From the NCBI RefSeq assembly GCF_009914755.1, contig NC_060945.1: a stretch of DNA of 64,000 nt; one strand, 5' to 3'. Of this stretch, positions 37,385-59,269 are shown piece by piece. A program made the position numbers and the translations under genes. The stretch is from the human T2T-CHM13v2.0 reference genome, Homo sapiens. The notes below the pieces were generated by a model. That model had not been told where the DNA came from and did no database searches. It was given only the letters and a program-made list of their open reading frames with translations. Every line of letters starts with the position of its first letter. The first letter of the stretch is position 1.

Positions 37385-40300
37385 ACCAAAATTGAAACAC
37401 AAAGAAATACAAAACATGAACAGACCAATAACAAATAATGAGAACAAAGCTGTAATAAAAAGTCTCCCAGAAAAGAAAAGCCCCAATATTCTATGGCTTC
37501 ACTACTGAATTCTAACAAATATTTAAAGAACTAACACCAATCCTACTGAAACTATTCCACAAAATACAGATGGGGAATACTTCCAAACTCATTCTATAAC
37601 ACCAGAATTACCTTTATACCAAAATCAAAGACACTTTAAAAAAAGAAAACTACAATATCTCCAATTAATATTGATGCAAAAATCCTCAACAAAATGCTAG
37701 CAAACCTTTAAGCAATATATTAAAAATATCATTCTTCATGATCATGTGTGATTTATCACAAGGATGCAAGAATGGTTGCAAATCAATCCAAATGATACAT
37801 CACATCACCAAAATGAAGGAAAAGATTATATAATCATTTAAATTAAGACATTTTAAAAAAGCATTTGATAAAATTCAACATCCCATCATGATTAAAAACC
37901 CTCAGAAACCTGGGTAGAGAAAGAACATTATTAACATAATGAAAGCCATATATGACATACCCACAGCTAGTATCATACTGACAAGGGAAACACTGAAATC
38001 CCCTTCTCTAAGATCTGGAACATGACCAGGATGCCCACTTTCACCACTGTTATTCTCCATAGTACTGGAAGTCCTAGCAAAAGCAATCAGACAAGAGAGA
38101 GAAATAAAGGGCATCTAAAGGGAAGAAGACAAATTATCTTTGTTTTGCAGATGATATAATCTTATATTTGTAAAAAACCTGAAGACTCCACAAAAACTAC
38201 TAGAACTGATAAATTCAGTAGAGTTTCAGGATACAAATCAATATATAAAAATCAGTATCTTTTTTTTTTTTTTTTTGAGACAGAGTCTCACTTTGTCTCC
38301 CAGGCTGGAGTGCAGTGGTGCAATCTTGGCTCACTGCAAGCTCTGCCTCCTGGGTTCACACCATTCTCCTGCCTCAGCCTCCCGAGGAGCTGGGGCTACA
38401 GGCACCCACCATCACGCCTGGCTAACTTTTTTTGTATTTTTAGTAGAGACGGGGTTTCATCGTGTTAGCCAGTATGGTCTTGATCTCCTGACCTCGTGAT
38501 CTGCCCACCTCACCTTCCCAAAGTCCTGGGATTACAGGCGTGAGCCACCGCGCCCGGCAGGAATCAGTAACATTTCTATATGCCAAGAGTGAACAATCTG
38601 AAAAAGAATTTAAAAAGAAATACCATTTATCATAGCCACAAATAGAACTAAATACATAGAAATCAACCAAAGAAGTAAAGGATTTCTACAACAAAAACTA
38701 TAACACAATCATAAGATAAATTGAAGACACAAAAATTGAAAGATATTCCATGTTCATGGATTGATAGTGTTAGTATATTAAAATGTCTATATTACCCAAA
38801 GCAATTCACAGATTAAATGCAGGAATCACATTAACTGACTTCAAATTATATTACAAAGCTATAGTAACTGTAGCAGCCTGGTACTGGCATAAAAATAGAC
38901 ACATAAACCAATGGAATTGAACAGATAACCCAGAAAAAAATTTTACACATTTTCACTGAACTCATTTTCAACAAAGGTGCCAAGAACTTAAATTAGGGAA
39001 AAGACAATCTCTTCAATAAATCATGCTTGGAAACTGGATATCTACATGCAAAAGAATGAAATTATAACCCCAACTCTTGCCATATACAAAAGTCGAATCA
39101 AAACGGATTAAATACTTAAATCTAAGACCTCGAATTAAAAAACTACTGCAAGAAAACATTGGGGAAAGTCTCTCCAGGTCTTGGCAAAAATGTCTTGAGT
39201 AATACCCCACAAGCACAGGCAACCAAAGCAAATATGGACAAATGAAGTTACATCAAGTTAAAAATCTTCTGCATGTCAAAGGAAATGATCAATAAAGTGA
39301 GGAGACAACCCACAGAATAGGAGAACATATTTGCAAACTATTCACCTGACAAAAGATTAATAACTAGAACAGATAAGCAGCTCAAACTACTGTATAGGAA
39401 AAAAATCTAGTAATCTGATCTTTAAAATGGGCAAAATATTTCAATAAACATTTCTTAAAAGAAGGCATATGAATTGCAAGCAGTTATATTATCAGAAACA
39501 TGCAAATCAAAACTACAATGAGATATCATCTTATCCCAGTTAAAATGAATTTTGTCCAAAAGTCAGGCAACAGCAAATGCTAGTGAGAATGTGGAGAAAT
39601 GGGAAGCCTGGTACACTGTTGGTGGAAATGTAAATTAGTACAACCACTATGGAAAACAGCTTGGAGGTTCCTCATAAAACTAAACTAGAGCTTCCATATA
39701 ATCCAGCAATTTCACTGCTAAGTATATACTCACAAGAAAGGAACTCAGTATGTTGAAGAGATGTCTACATTCCCATGTTTGTTGCAGCATTGTTGAAAAT
39801 AGCCAAGATTTGGAAGCAACGTAAGTGTCAATCAACAGATGAATGGATAAAGAAAATGTAGTATGTATACACAGTGGAGCCAGAAAAAAAGAATGAGATT
39901 CTGTCATTTTTAACAACATGGATGAGGGTTATTATGTTAAATGAAATAAGCCAGGCACAGAAAGACAAACTTTGCATGTTCTCATTTATTTATGGGCGCT
40001 AAGGATCCCATTGAGTTGAATTCAACGGAGATAGAGAGTAGAAGGATGGTTACCAGAGGCTGAGAAGCATAGTAGGGGGGCAGTTTGGTAGGGCCATGGA
40101 GGGAAGTGAGGATGGCTAATGGGTACAAGAAATAGTTAAAAAGAATGAATAAGAGGTAGAGGTACTATTTGATTGCACAACAGGGTATTTGTGCTGATAG
40201 CACAACAGTAGTATTTGTACTGATAACACAGTTTGTACTGGTAGCACAACAGTAGTACTTGATACCACAACACTGCAATTGTCAATAATTGACAATTATT

Positions 40301-40505
40301 ATAATCAATAATAATTTAGTTGTACCTTTTAAAATAACTGAAATCATATAATTCAATTTTTGTAATACAGAGTAAATGCTTGAGGAGATGGATACCCCAT
40401 TTACCATGCTGTGATTGTTACATGTTGCATGCCTGTATCAAAGTATCTCATATACCCCATTTATACACACAACTACTGTATACCCACAAAAAATAAAAAT
40501 AAATG
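37385..40505 (+). mobile_element. Old L1 (L1MA1/2-like), mid-ORF2 to 3' end, degenerate
   Basis: ORF2 remnants (gcatttgataaaattcaacatcc, ttttgcagatgatataat); 3' UTR gatggataccccatt...gcatgcctgtatcaaag and A-rich end. Confidence 0.88.
38259..38558 (-). mobile_element. AluY nested in L1
   Basis: cactgcaagctctgcc, acaccattctcc; flanking aatcagta. Confidence 0.93.
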
Positions 40506-40539
40506 TGATATAATAATCAGGTATGGTTTTGCTGGGGTA

Positions 40540-41610
40540 TATATTACATTGTTGTATTTTGCCTAGTCTGTAGGATTAGGGGGAATAGCTGTGGTAAATT
40601 CCCACAGAGGCAGTTGCAAAACTCCCTACACTTCTCTCTCCCATTTGCACTTTAGTTTGTTAAAATCTGCTAAAGCTGTTTCTAATTCACTACTTTGTAG
40701 CACTCTTTGGCTTTGTTTTGGAGGACTAGTAAATCAGTTAGCTGATATTGGTTTGAAAACCCTGAATCATAGGTCTTAAGCATTATTTGGAATTCCTTGG
40801 CAAACCTAAGGTGTCTTGAGTCAGATCAGGAAATCCAAACATCAGAGCACTTAATTCTGACTTGGTGTAAGGTGTATATCTTATGTTTGAACCCACTCTT
40901 CCTGTGGGTTTTGTTTTAAAAGAAATGACTACTATTTTATCTTCTCCTGTAGCTATTTCTGGACCCTTTGTGGTTTAAGAAGGAATACAGGGAGGAGAAA
41001 GAGAAAAAAAATGAAATCATCCAGGCAAGGAAGTTTAGAAAGCAGAGGTTTAGGAGAAGAAAAAGAAGAGACAGTTTCTGGCAGCTTCCTGATTTTAGAA
41101 GCTGATTTTGCTACTTTTCTTTAATTCTGAGGTAGTTTCAAATATTTTGTTGTTACCTTTCTGGAAAGAAATAAGTTTATCATTTCTACTTTTGGATGTT
41201 TTTAGGTGCCAGCTAAAATACAACCCTCATTTATTTTCCTTGATGCAGAAACCTAACTTCTCTAATTTAGCATACGAGAAGACCAGTTTGGGAATATTTA
41301 AAGTTCTTCACTTTGGGAACCTTAGATGTTGGTCGTCCTTAGTAAAATCCCCCCTTTACATAAATGTTTGTAAGAAGAGGTGCTATAATTATCACACATA
41401 AAACCAGCTGGGGTGCCCAAAGGGGGACACTCTCCTTGCCTGTCCTCGATTTTAGAGATATGTTTTCTCATTTTTCTTTAAAAGGAGTAGTTGAACTGTG
41501 GCTTGTCATTTGGTTAGAGGATCAGAGTGTGCCGATTGTGGATGAGACTCCATGGTGTCTATCACTGAGTCATTTCTGTCCTCTTGTATCTCCCAGTTTC
41601 TTTGTCTTGG
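40540..41610 (-). mobile_element. Possible ERV1-class internal fragment
   Basis: aaaccagctggggtgcccaaagggggacactctcc resembles a MER4-group internal leader (recollection only). Confidence 0.3.
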
Positions 41611-41614
41611 TGTT

Positions 41615-42530
41615 TATCACCTCCAGGGAGATGCAAATCAAAACAATACCAGACATTACCTTATCTTAAGTAGAATGGCCATAATCGAAATGACAAAAGA
41701 GAACAAGTGTTAGCAAGGATGTGGAATAAAGGGAACTCTTATAAACTGTTGGTTTGAATAGAAATTAATACAGCCACTATGAAAAACAAGTATGGAAGTT
41801 TCTCAACCTAAAATGGAACTACTGTATGTTCCAGCAATTCCACCACTGGGCATATAGCCAAAAGAAATAAAATCAGTATGTTAAAGAGATAGCTACACTC
41901 CCATGTTTATTACAGCACTATTGACAATGGCCAAGATATGGAATCAATCACAGTGCCCATCGAAGAATAAATGGATAAGACAACATGGTATGTAAACATA
42001 ATGAAATGCTATTTGGCCACAAATATATGGCATAATAAAATAAATGGCAGAATAAAATTCTGCCATTTAAGACAACATAGATGAACCTGAAGGACATTAT
42101 GTTAAGTGAAATAAGCCAGACATAGAGAGACAAATAAGACAGGAATTTATTAAATGTGGAATCTAAACAAGCTTATCTCTTAGAAGTAGAGAGGAGAATG
42201 GTGGTTACCAGAGCCTGCGGTGGTGGAGGACAGGATGGAAAGATGTTGGTCAAAGGAAACATAATTATTATTAGATAGAAGAAATATATTTTACAAGATC
42301 TGCTATGCAGCACGGCAGCCATACTTAATTATGATATATTGCAGTCCTGAAAAATGAAAAGGTAGTTGATGTTAACTGTTTTCACCACAAAAAACAATAA
42401 CTTTTAGATCATGCATTTGTTAATTAGCTAGATTTAATCATTTTATAATCTATATGTAATTCAAAACATACATAATAAACTTACACAATGTTATTTTCAA
42501 TTAAAAACAAATTTTAAAATTATGCTTAAA
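41615..42530 (+). mobile_element. L1MA-type 3' end
   Basis: gagatgcaaatcaaaacaat...ggacattatgttaagtgaaataagccag...gaatggtggttaccagag. Confidence 0.85.
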
Positions 42531-42907
42531 AATTTTTTTATTCAAGCTAGAATTTGAATATAGCTAAATATCTTCAATAAATAAGAAAAATTAAAATAAT
42601 TTCAAAAATTAAAACTAAGAGATTTGCTTGCCAATAGGAGCCGCATAAGAGTGTACTCAAGAAGAAAATAACATTTTCCTGTATAAAGGTAAAATTAAAA
42701 TGAAGGGGTGAGAGACAGACCTTGAGAATACAAAATCATAGTGGACATTGAACTGAGGAAAGCACACAGTTCTTGGCACCAAAAAATTAAAAGATATTGA
42801 GATATTATAAAAGTACAATTCACATGTTTTATTTAAATCAGAAAGAAAATTATGTGCTTTTTGTATAATTTAATTGATTACAAAGAAATAATTTTTAGAA
42901 AATTTTA

Positions 42908-44149
<1,242 letters not shown>

Positions 44150-45713
44150 AAGTGAAAACTGTGTTCATCCTAATGGCATAGAAGAAACCTATTTTGTAGA
44201 TCTGAAAAAAAATGACTTCATATCATCAATGTTCTTTCTTCAGTGTTTGAAATTATTACCATCATTATTATTTTTATTTTACTCACTTATTCTTGATTAA
44301 CCTTGATGCTAAATTCTTGATAATGTACCTCCTGCACTCTTTTCTAAGCCAAATAATTATATACATATATATATAATTATTACTCTCTATATATAATGAA
44401 TACATTTACAATCATGCCTGTATAGGGTGCACACTATCTATATTCTTAATGCCCTTTGCCCTCCATCTTTAGAAATCAATTTTTGTTATTTTGTGTTCTC
44501 TCATTTTATTTTTAACACCCAATTCAGTGACAGGCATATAAAATGAATCACATTTGCAGAGTTGAATTGAATAAAATGTATGCTAAAGTGGAAAGACTCA
44601 CTAAAGCAAACAATTAAAAATATATCCAATTGAGTCTTTCTCATGATCTATCACTTTGATACGGTTTATTCTTCACTCTTCCATGGTTTTTGATGCTTAT
44701 GATTCTACTGGGCCCACCATGATAATTCATAATAGTCTTCCTATTTTTCATCAGCATATCAGCAATTTTGATCCCATTTGCAACCTTATATTCTCTTTGC
44801 CATGAATTGTAATATATTATTTCCAGTATCTAAGAACTTGGATGTAAATATCTTTTTTAGGGAGTGGGGAACATTATTCTGTTTATCCAAACCCTAATTA
44901 ACTGTATGTCTCAGAAATGGTCCTGGTGCTTTCCCAGTTTAGTTCACATCCCAGAGACTTATCATGTGAACTCTCTTCATCTCAGAACAAAATTTTTAAC
45001 ATTTGCCTCTCAGTTATCAACAAGATAAACACTGCTTTTAGTCATTTTATTTCAACCAAGAGGTTGCATTAAAATAGTCACATGTGGTTCTTTTTCCTGA
45101 GACTTTACTTGATACAGGAATGTCAGTCTCCAATGAGAAAGATAATGCCTCTCAAGTTTTCTTGGGATATCCTCAATACCATAATACCTTGTAAAATTTT
45201 GCAGAACAATTTTGCAGTTGCCATTTCATGTTATTTGGCCAGGATTCAGGTATCATTGCATCATTTTGCTGTAATCCATGGGTAAAAAAAATTTAGCTTC
45301 ATGCATGAAATATAAAAAACAGTAAATTAGCACAGATTTGGTGGGGGGATGAAGGTGTGTCTGGTTATATATTCAAAGTCATTTATCATTACACTGTCCC
45401 CTAAATAAAAATATGAAAGGCAATGCAAACATCTTGACACTTAGTATTCTTGTCTAATAAACACAAGTGACTGAGGTAAAAAATATTGCTCTAAAACCAC
45501 CAGATATGTTTGATTTTATAAAGGAAATATCATCTAGGTGATTAAATGGTTATTACTCTCTCTACAAAACTTTAGTAAGTGAATCCATTTATCATAAATG
45601 TCAGAATCAAACAATGAAAAGTTCCCACCAACATGCATCTGCACCATCAGCATGGTTGAGTTCTGCTGTCAAGTTGAAATCAGAAAAAAAAAAAAAAAAA
45701 AAAAAAAAAACAA

Positions 45714-51889
<6,176 letters not shown>

Positions 51890-51894
51890 AGAGA

Positions 51895-53338
<1,444 letters not shown>

Positions 53339-54479
53339 TGATTATCTCAATCTTCCAATTCCCCCCAACCACCAGTGAATTATTTCTGCTAATTTTTTTT
53401 TTTGTTTTTGAAAAGAGAATGATGGAAACCCACCCTGTTCCAGTGGGAGAGTACAGGGATTCCCTGGAAAGACTCTGGCTTGGAGCCCTCAGACCAGAGT
53501 TTAGGTCCAGGGGTCCACTTGGTGACTCAGGAGAAACCCTGGACCCCACCTCAAGGAATCTTGGATCCCCCGGTGGGGGTCTCAGAAGCAGGAGGCTGCT
53601 GGGCCACGGCAGGGACAAGGCTTTCTCTGGCACCCCCATGCAAGGTTCCTCCATAGAAAGAAATCATGTTGCCCGTTCCGCAGCAGGCATGCCATCCCAG
53701 GCCCCTGAGACCCCCAGGGGACATCCCCGCTCTGCCAACCGTGTGAATACACTCCACCTCCCGGCCTCTGCCATGTCACAGATGACTTGAGGCTTCAGAT
53801 GAGTGACTCCCCAGAGTCACATGGGCCTATGCTTGGGTCCCAGCCTCTTCTATGACCCTTGAGGTGGTTCTCAGCATAGGAGGCTGATTTCTAGGCCTCT
53901 ATGTGCTGTTCTGTGAATGGGACAGGTAACAGACCTCTATGGCAGGCATGAAATGCCAAGCTCCCACCACAAGGCCTGGCAACAAACTCTCAGGAAATTC
54001 AGGTCATTCTCTGGGAGTGGCCACAGATGCTTCTCAGAACCCCAATCCCTGGCACTGCTCCAGCCCATGCTGGACCCTTCATCATCCAGGTGTCCCAGGC
54101 CCACAAGTATCTGACATCTCAGGTGGCACTTGTGGCCCACTGTGTGACCCTAAGCATACCTCCATGTTCTCTGGGCTGAGTTTCTGAGCCGCCACAGCTC
54201 TGCAGAGCCCAGGCTGTGGGCTCCAGCCCCTGACCTCCAGCTTGACTTACTAAATGTAATCTCCAGGGCTAATTTTAATCCTGGGCAGGAATTGGACACA
54301 TTCCCATGGCTAGGATGAGTCCCTGGAGGCTGGAGGTGACACCAACCCACAGGACCCAGTGCCAAGATAATCCCCCAAATGACCCCTATGCATGTGGTCT
54401 CATGAGAGCAGGGACTGGGGCTGATCTTGGGCCTGAGTCTCTTGAGCATAGAAGGCTCAACTAAGCCCTTTCTCAATCT

Positions 54480-54910
54480 GTCTCAATTTTAGTTATAGGG
54501 ACACTATGGCTAGTGCAGAGGTCACGTGACAGGGAAACCCCGAGAGACAGGAAGTTGGGGGCCTTTCTGGACTGATGTCCTAGAGCTGAGACAGGAAGTG
54601 AATTCCATGCAGAAGAAACAGCAGGTACAAGGATCCCAAGGGGGAGAGAAACAGCAGTGAGGTTGGAGTGGGTGGGGAGGGCAAGAGGCCACAGAGGCTG
54701 GGCCACACTGGGCCTTCTGAGCTGCAGGAGGCTCTGGGTTTTAGTCTAAGAGCAAAGACGAGCTATGAGAGGGTTTTGAGGAGAGAAGGGATGGGGCTGA
54801 TTTATCATTTTAACATGCAGCTCATGGCTACCATGGAAAGCAGGACTATCAGGGCTGGGGTGGAGATGGCAGGAGGCTGGAGATGAGGTCAGGGCTGTGT
54901 CCATCTGAGC
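54480..54910 (-). mobile_element. L2 fragment
   Basis: Purine-rich L2-antisense-like gagagggttttgaggagag...gatttatcattttaa. Confidence 0.55.
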
Positions 54911-55361
54911 AGAGCCTGGGGCGGTACCCTCTCTGTGCTGGTCTGTACCTCACACTGTAAGTCACTGGATCCCACGGCTTATTTGGCCCTCCAGAACATC
55001 AGGAGGTCCCCCACCAACTCTGGTGCGAGGTGACAGGTGCAGATGAGTTGATGCAGGGCTTAACTCTCCTGACCCCCCATGACACCGGAACTCTCCTGAT
55101 CCCATCACCGAAGAACCAAGCTGTCCCCCACTCTGCCCCTGAGAGATCAAGCTCTAATCATGGCCTCCCTTGCTCACACATTCTCCATGGTTCCACATTG
55201 GCCTTGTGAGAAAATTTCTGCATCCAGCCTGACATTCAAACACCTTGCCCTAATCAGCTCCTGCCTACTTCTCTCTATCTTTGACAAATATTTCTGTCTA
55301 GAAGGTCCTTTTTTCCCTTCTTCACCTAGCCAACTCCTATTCACACTTCAGAACTCAGCTC

Positions 55362-55628
55362 AGGTCAGATGAGGTGGTTCATGCCTGCAATTCCAGCACT
55401 CTGAGAGGCCAAGACAGGAGGATTGCTTGAACCCAGGAGTTTGAGACCAGCCTGAACAACCTGATGTAACCCCATCTCTACAAAAAATACAAAAATTAGC
55501 TGTGTGTGGTGGCATGTGCCTGTAGTCCCACCCTGAAGTAGGAGGATCAATTGAGCATGGAAGGTCAAGGCTGCAGTGAGCAGTGATTGTGCCACTGCAT
55601 TTCAGACTGAGCTACAGAGAAAAAAAAA
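55362..55628 (+). mobile_element. AluJ with target-site duplication, within an L2 remnant
   Basis: Flanked by aactcagctca. Confidence 0.88.
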
Positions 55629-56829
55629 CTCAGCTCAAGAAAAAGCATTCCTCCAAGAAGCCCTCCCTGTTGTTCCTCTGGAATCCCACAGTCCCCATCC
55701 TTCCCCTGTAGTTCTGACCCCATGGGGCTGGCAGTAGATACATCCAACTTTGTCTCCCCTAGACTAGACAGCCCTCTAGATCAGGCCTAGGAGTGGACAG
55801 TAAAATTTAGAGAGTGCAACAGGTGAAGAGAGACGTGACTGACTCCCTCCTCTTTAGCTTCCCTTGACAACTTCCTCTCAGACTGCCCCAGCTGATATCC
55901 TGCCCAAAAACACACATGCTTGCAAATCCAGCCACTAACCATTGACCTGTCTTGGACTCAAGTGTGAAGAGTCAGCCAAGAATGCAGACCTGGAAGCCTA
56001 GGGTGTATGTGTGTGTATTTGTAGTCAAGTGAAAATCCCACCCAAGCTCCAGACAGACCCTGGTGGCCCATTCTGCAGATGTTGGTGAGGTTGGTATTTC
56101 TGTGGAGGTGTCAGCAAAGGTTGAATGTGCCAGGCATGAGGCAAAGGCCAAGGTTTAGGGGGACTTCTACACACACAACTTCCCCCTTGCCTCGTCCAGC
56201 CAGAAAGCAGAGAGCAGTGGCATCTGCCCAGCACAGAGGCAGATGGATGGATCCACTCACCCGAGGATAGAGCAGGGAAGACGGGACAGGAGAAATCCAA
56301 GAGGGCTTCTCAGGGGAGGAGGCATGTAGTTTGGCTTAGATACAGAGGCTAGACAGGGGCCTGAGCAGATGAGTAGGGGACTGGGCATTTGAAGCCAAGG
56401 GTCTTGCACCTCCCTACCCCTTTCTTTGCACCCTCATACTCGAGCATTTATTAGCAACTTGTGCTAACCACTGAGCTAAGCTGACCTCCAAGTAATTAGA
56501 AAGCTTAAGTAAACCAACATCTGTAGATGAGAAAGGTGACTGAGGACCTACTGTTACAAAGGCAAGGTAATTTGAGGCTGCAATGAGCTACGAGCAACTG
56601 TGTTCCAGCCTGGGAGACAGAATGTAAAAAAATAGTAATAACAGAAAGTATACATCAATCTCAATTTTTTTTAAAAAGGCAGATGGTTTTACAGTTGTTT
56701 TATCAAAACTCAAAGAACAGGAAAGCCCAAATTATTTCAACAAAGTCAGACCTTTTAAACAGATGATAGCTGCCCAAGTCATTTTTATGAAACTTCTTTA
56801 TATCAAAACCTAAGTCTAAAAAGAGAAAA

Positions 56830-57220
56830 GTGTTGACCTTGATACGGGCTGTGTTAGGCAGAGATTTCAATGAAGTCCTCTCTGAAGAGGTGACATTTGA
56901 TCTGAGACCTGAAGCACCAGAAAGAGGCAGCCAAGCCAGGAAGAGGCAGGAATGGGAAGGTCTAGGGAAAGACTGGTCCTGGCAGGCGGAACTGCAGTGG
57001 CAAAGGCCCAGCGGTGATCAGGAGCTTGGCATTTGCAAAAATAAAGAGTGTGTGTGACTGGACAGCGTGAGCAAGTGGGCAGAGGAGGAGATCGTGATAG
57101 GGTGTGCATTGGTCAGGCCACCTAGGTCCTGGAGCCCACAGTGAGAAGCATGGGCTTGACTCTGAGGGCAAAGGAGAGCCACGGATAGTTTGGGTAAAGG
57201 GGAAAGTTGGCATTTAATTT
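56830..57220 (-). mobile_element. L2 fragment
   Basis: tcctctctgaagaggtgacatttgatctgagacctgaa...ggcaggcggaactgcagtggcaaaggcc. Confidence 0.7.
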
Positions 57221-57619
57221 TATAGCTTTTTGAAGTTTGTTTTGTTTTCTTAGAAACAAGGTCTCAGTCTGTTACCCAAACTGGAGTGCAGCTCAAAATA
57301 TTTTCCAATTTATCTTGTGATTTTTTTTGATCCAATGATTTAGAGGTGGGTTGTTAAATTTTCACATATTTTCAGATGTCCAATATTTCTTACTGTTGTT
57401 AGTTTCTAATTCTGTTTCAGTCAGATAACTTATTTGTTTTCCCTGTCTCTCCTGTCTTCTGATCCTGTTTTTCCATTGACTACCATTTTTAAAATCAACT
57501 TATTTCAGTGTGTCATTTACAATCCTATTTTAATTTTTTGCTCTTTCTCTGAAGTGGTTGTTCCAGGGATTATAATGTGCTTTTCCATTTTTCCAACGAA
57601 TGAAGAACGAAGTGATCGA

Positions 57620-59210
57620 CTTCTTGCCTCTGCCGGGGCTCTGAAGCGCTGCCCCGAGGCGGTGGATGGAGGGTGTCAGGCGTGACATCAAGAGCTCTGC
57701 AGCCAGGGCCTGGGACAACCTCCCGCTCCACCTCCCCGGAGCCTCGCAGCCAGCATCCCCAGCGGCCCGTGCGCCCCGGCCAAGCGGGACCTCAGCGCTG
57801 TGGCGGCCGCAGACCTCACCTGGGCAGGCCCCGGGCTGCATGCGGACCGCCGGGCGCCCAGGACTCTAGAGGCAACCAGCGGGCTGGATCCGCACAGCGG
57901 CCCTGGGAAATGGATGGTGTACAGGGGACAAAGCTACACACGTCTTTCATTTTGGAGGGGGGAAAAAAGAAAAAACGGAAATGAAAGATAGAAAATGTGT
58001 GGGCTCTCCGTCCTTTCCTTTGCTCCTGAGCGCTCTCTGGGGTGGGGGGCTCAGCGAGCTTCAAGAGGTGGCCGAGATTCCCCCACCTCGCCCCCAGATC
58101 CCCGGGAGAGGTCAGCACGGCCCCTCCCTTGGGTGTCACAGAGACCGATGCGGGTCCCGCTCCCCGGGAAGGAGTGGGTCTGGGTCCAGTCCGCAGGATC
58201 CCCTCGCGGATGCTGACGCTGAATGGAGTTGAGGTGGGGGCAGCGCTGGACCCCAGGGTCCCTGCCTGCCTCCTGGGGAGCCCGGTGACCCAGGCAGCCC
58301 TGGTGAGGCCGCAGGAGTCTGGGCCCTAGCGACGCACCCGGGCTCCCACAGGACGAATGTAGACGGTGAGGCCAAGGACGCCCTGCTGCCCTCGGGACTG
58401 TCCCTCCAGCCCCCAGCTTTCCGTGGCTATTGGGCCCCCTCTGCAGAGGGGCAGGGGAGCCCACCCTGGATCCTGAGGCGCCGAGCTTGAGGGACCCCAG
58501 AGCTCCAGCCAGGCCGCTTTCTTTGAGGATGGTGAAGCTGAGGTCCCGAGGAGGGCAGGGGCAGGTCCCGGGCGCTCCTCAGGCAAAGGGAGCCGATTTA
58601 GGGGCTGGGGTCACAGGAGGGGCTTCTGCGACCTCTAGGGCCCTAGAGCCCGGGAGGATGAGAGACTGGGGGCCTTTCGTCCACCCCTGGGGCTGGGCAG
58701 ACGCTCAGCCTGTGCAACCCGAAGCTGCTTCTGCCCAGTCCCAGCCGCGGCCCCTTTAAGAGGGGGTGGTGCTTCAGCCTGGCGCCAGGGACGCTGCCAG
58801 CATGCAGGCCCCGACGGAAGCCGAGACTGCGCTTCGTGCGAGGCCCGGGCAGCATCGGCGGCGTGGTCAGAGCGAGTCTCGGAGAAGATGTGGTGGCTTC
58901 CGTTTGTTGGTGGAGGAGGTGGCAGGCCTCGGCGGTAAGTGGAGGGGGATGAACCCCACCTGGAACCCTCTGGGTCTCCCTACTCCTTCCCGGCCGCTCC
59001 CTGCTTTCGGGCCCTCACTTCTAAGTGGGCATCTGGGCCCGAGTCGTCAGCGTTGGGGCGGTTGTGGGATCCGGGCCTCGGCAGCGTCCACACCCCCGCC
59101 GGGAAGGCTATGCCCCTGTCCGACCCACGTCCAGCCTATAGGAGCGCCCTGGCCCAGAGCCGGCGGTGAAGCGCTGGACTGGGTCCCTCCGAGCCCCACG
59201 GGCCTCTGAG
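57620..59210 (+). promoter_or_regulatory. CpG-island-like promoter with a candidate non-coding first exon ending at 58934
   Basis: GC- and CpG-rich ~1.6 kb with no repeat similarity; TTTAAG at 58755; consensus donor GCG|gtaagt at 58935-58940. Confidence 0.65.
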
Positions 59211-59269
59211 CTGGGGTCTAGGGTTATTTTTTATGCCTCAGGACCTTTAGAAAGAGACCTCGCTAGAGC

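Noticed and set aside
57530-59209. Many short GC-rich ORFs in the CpG island
   Set aside because: Expected from high GC content; no recognisable domain, overlapping on both strands.
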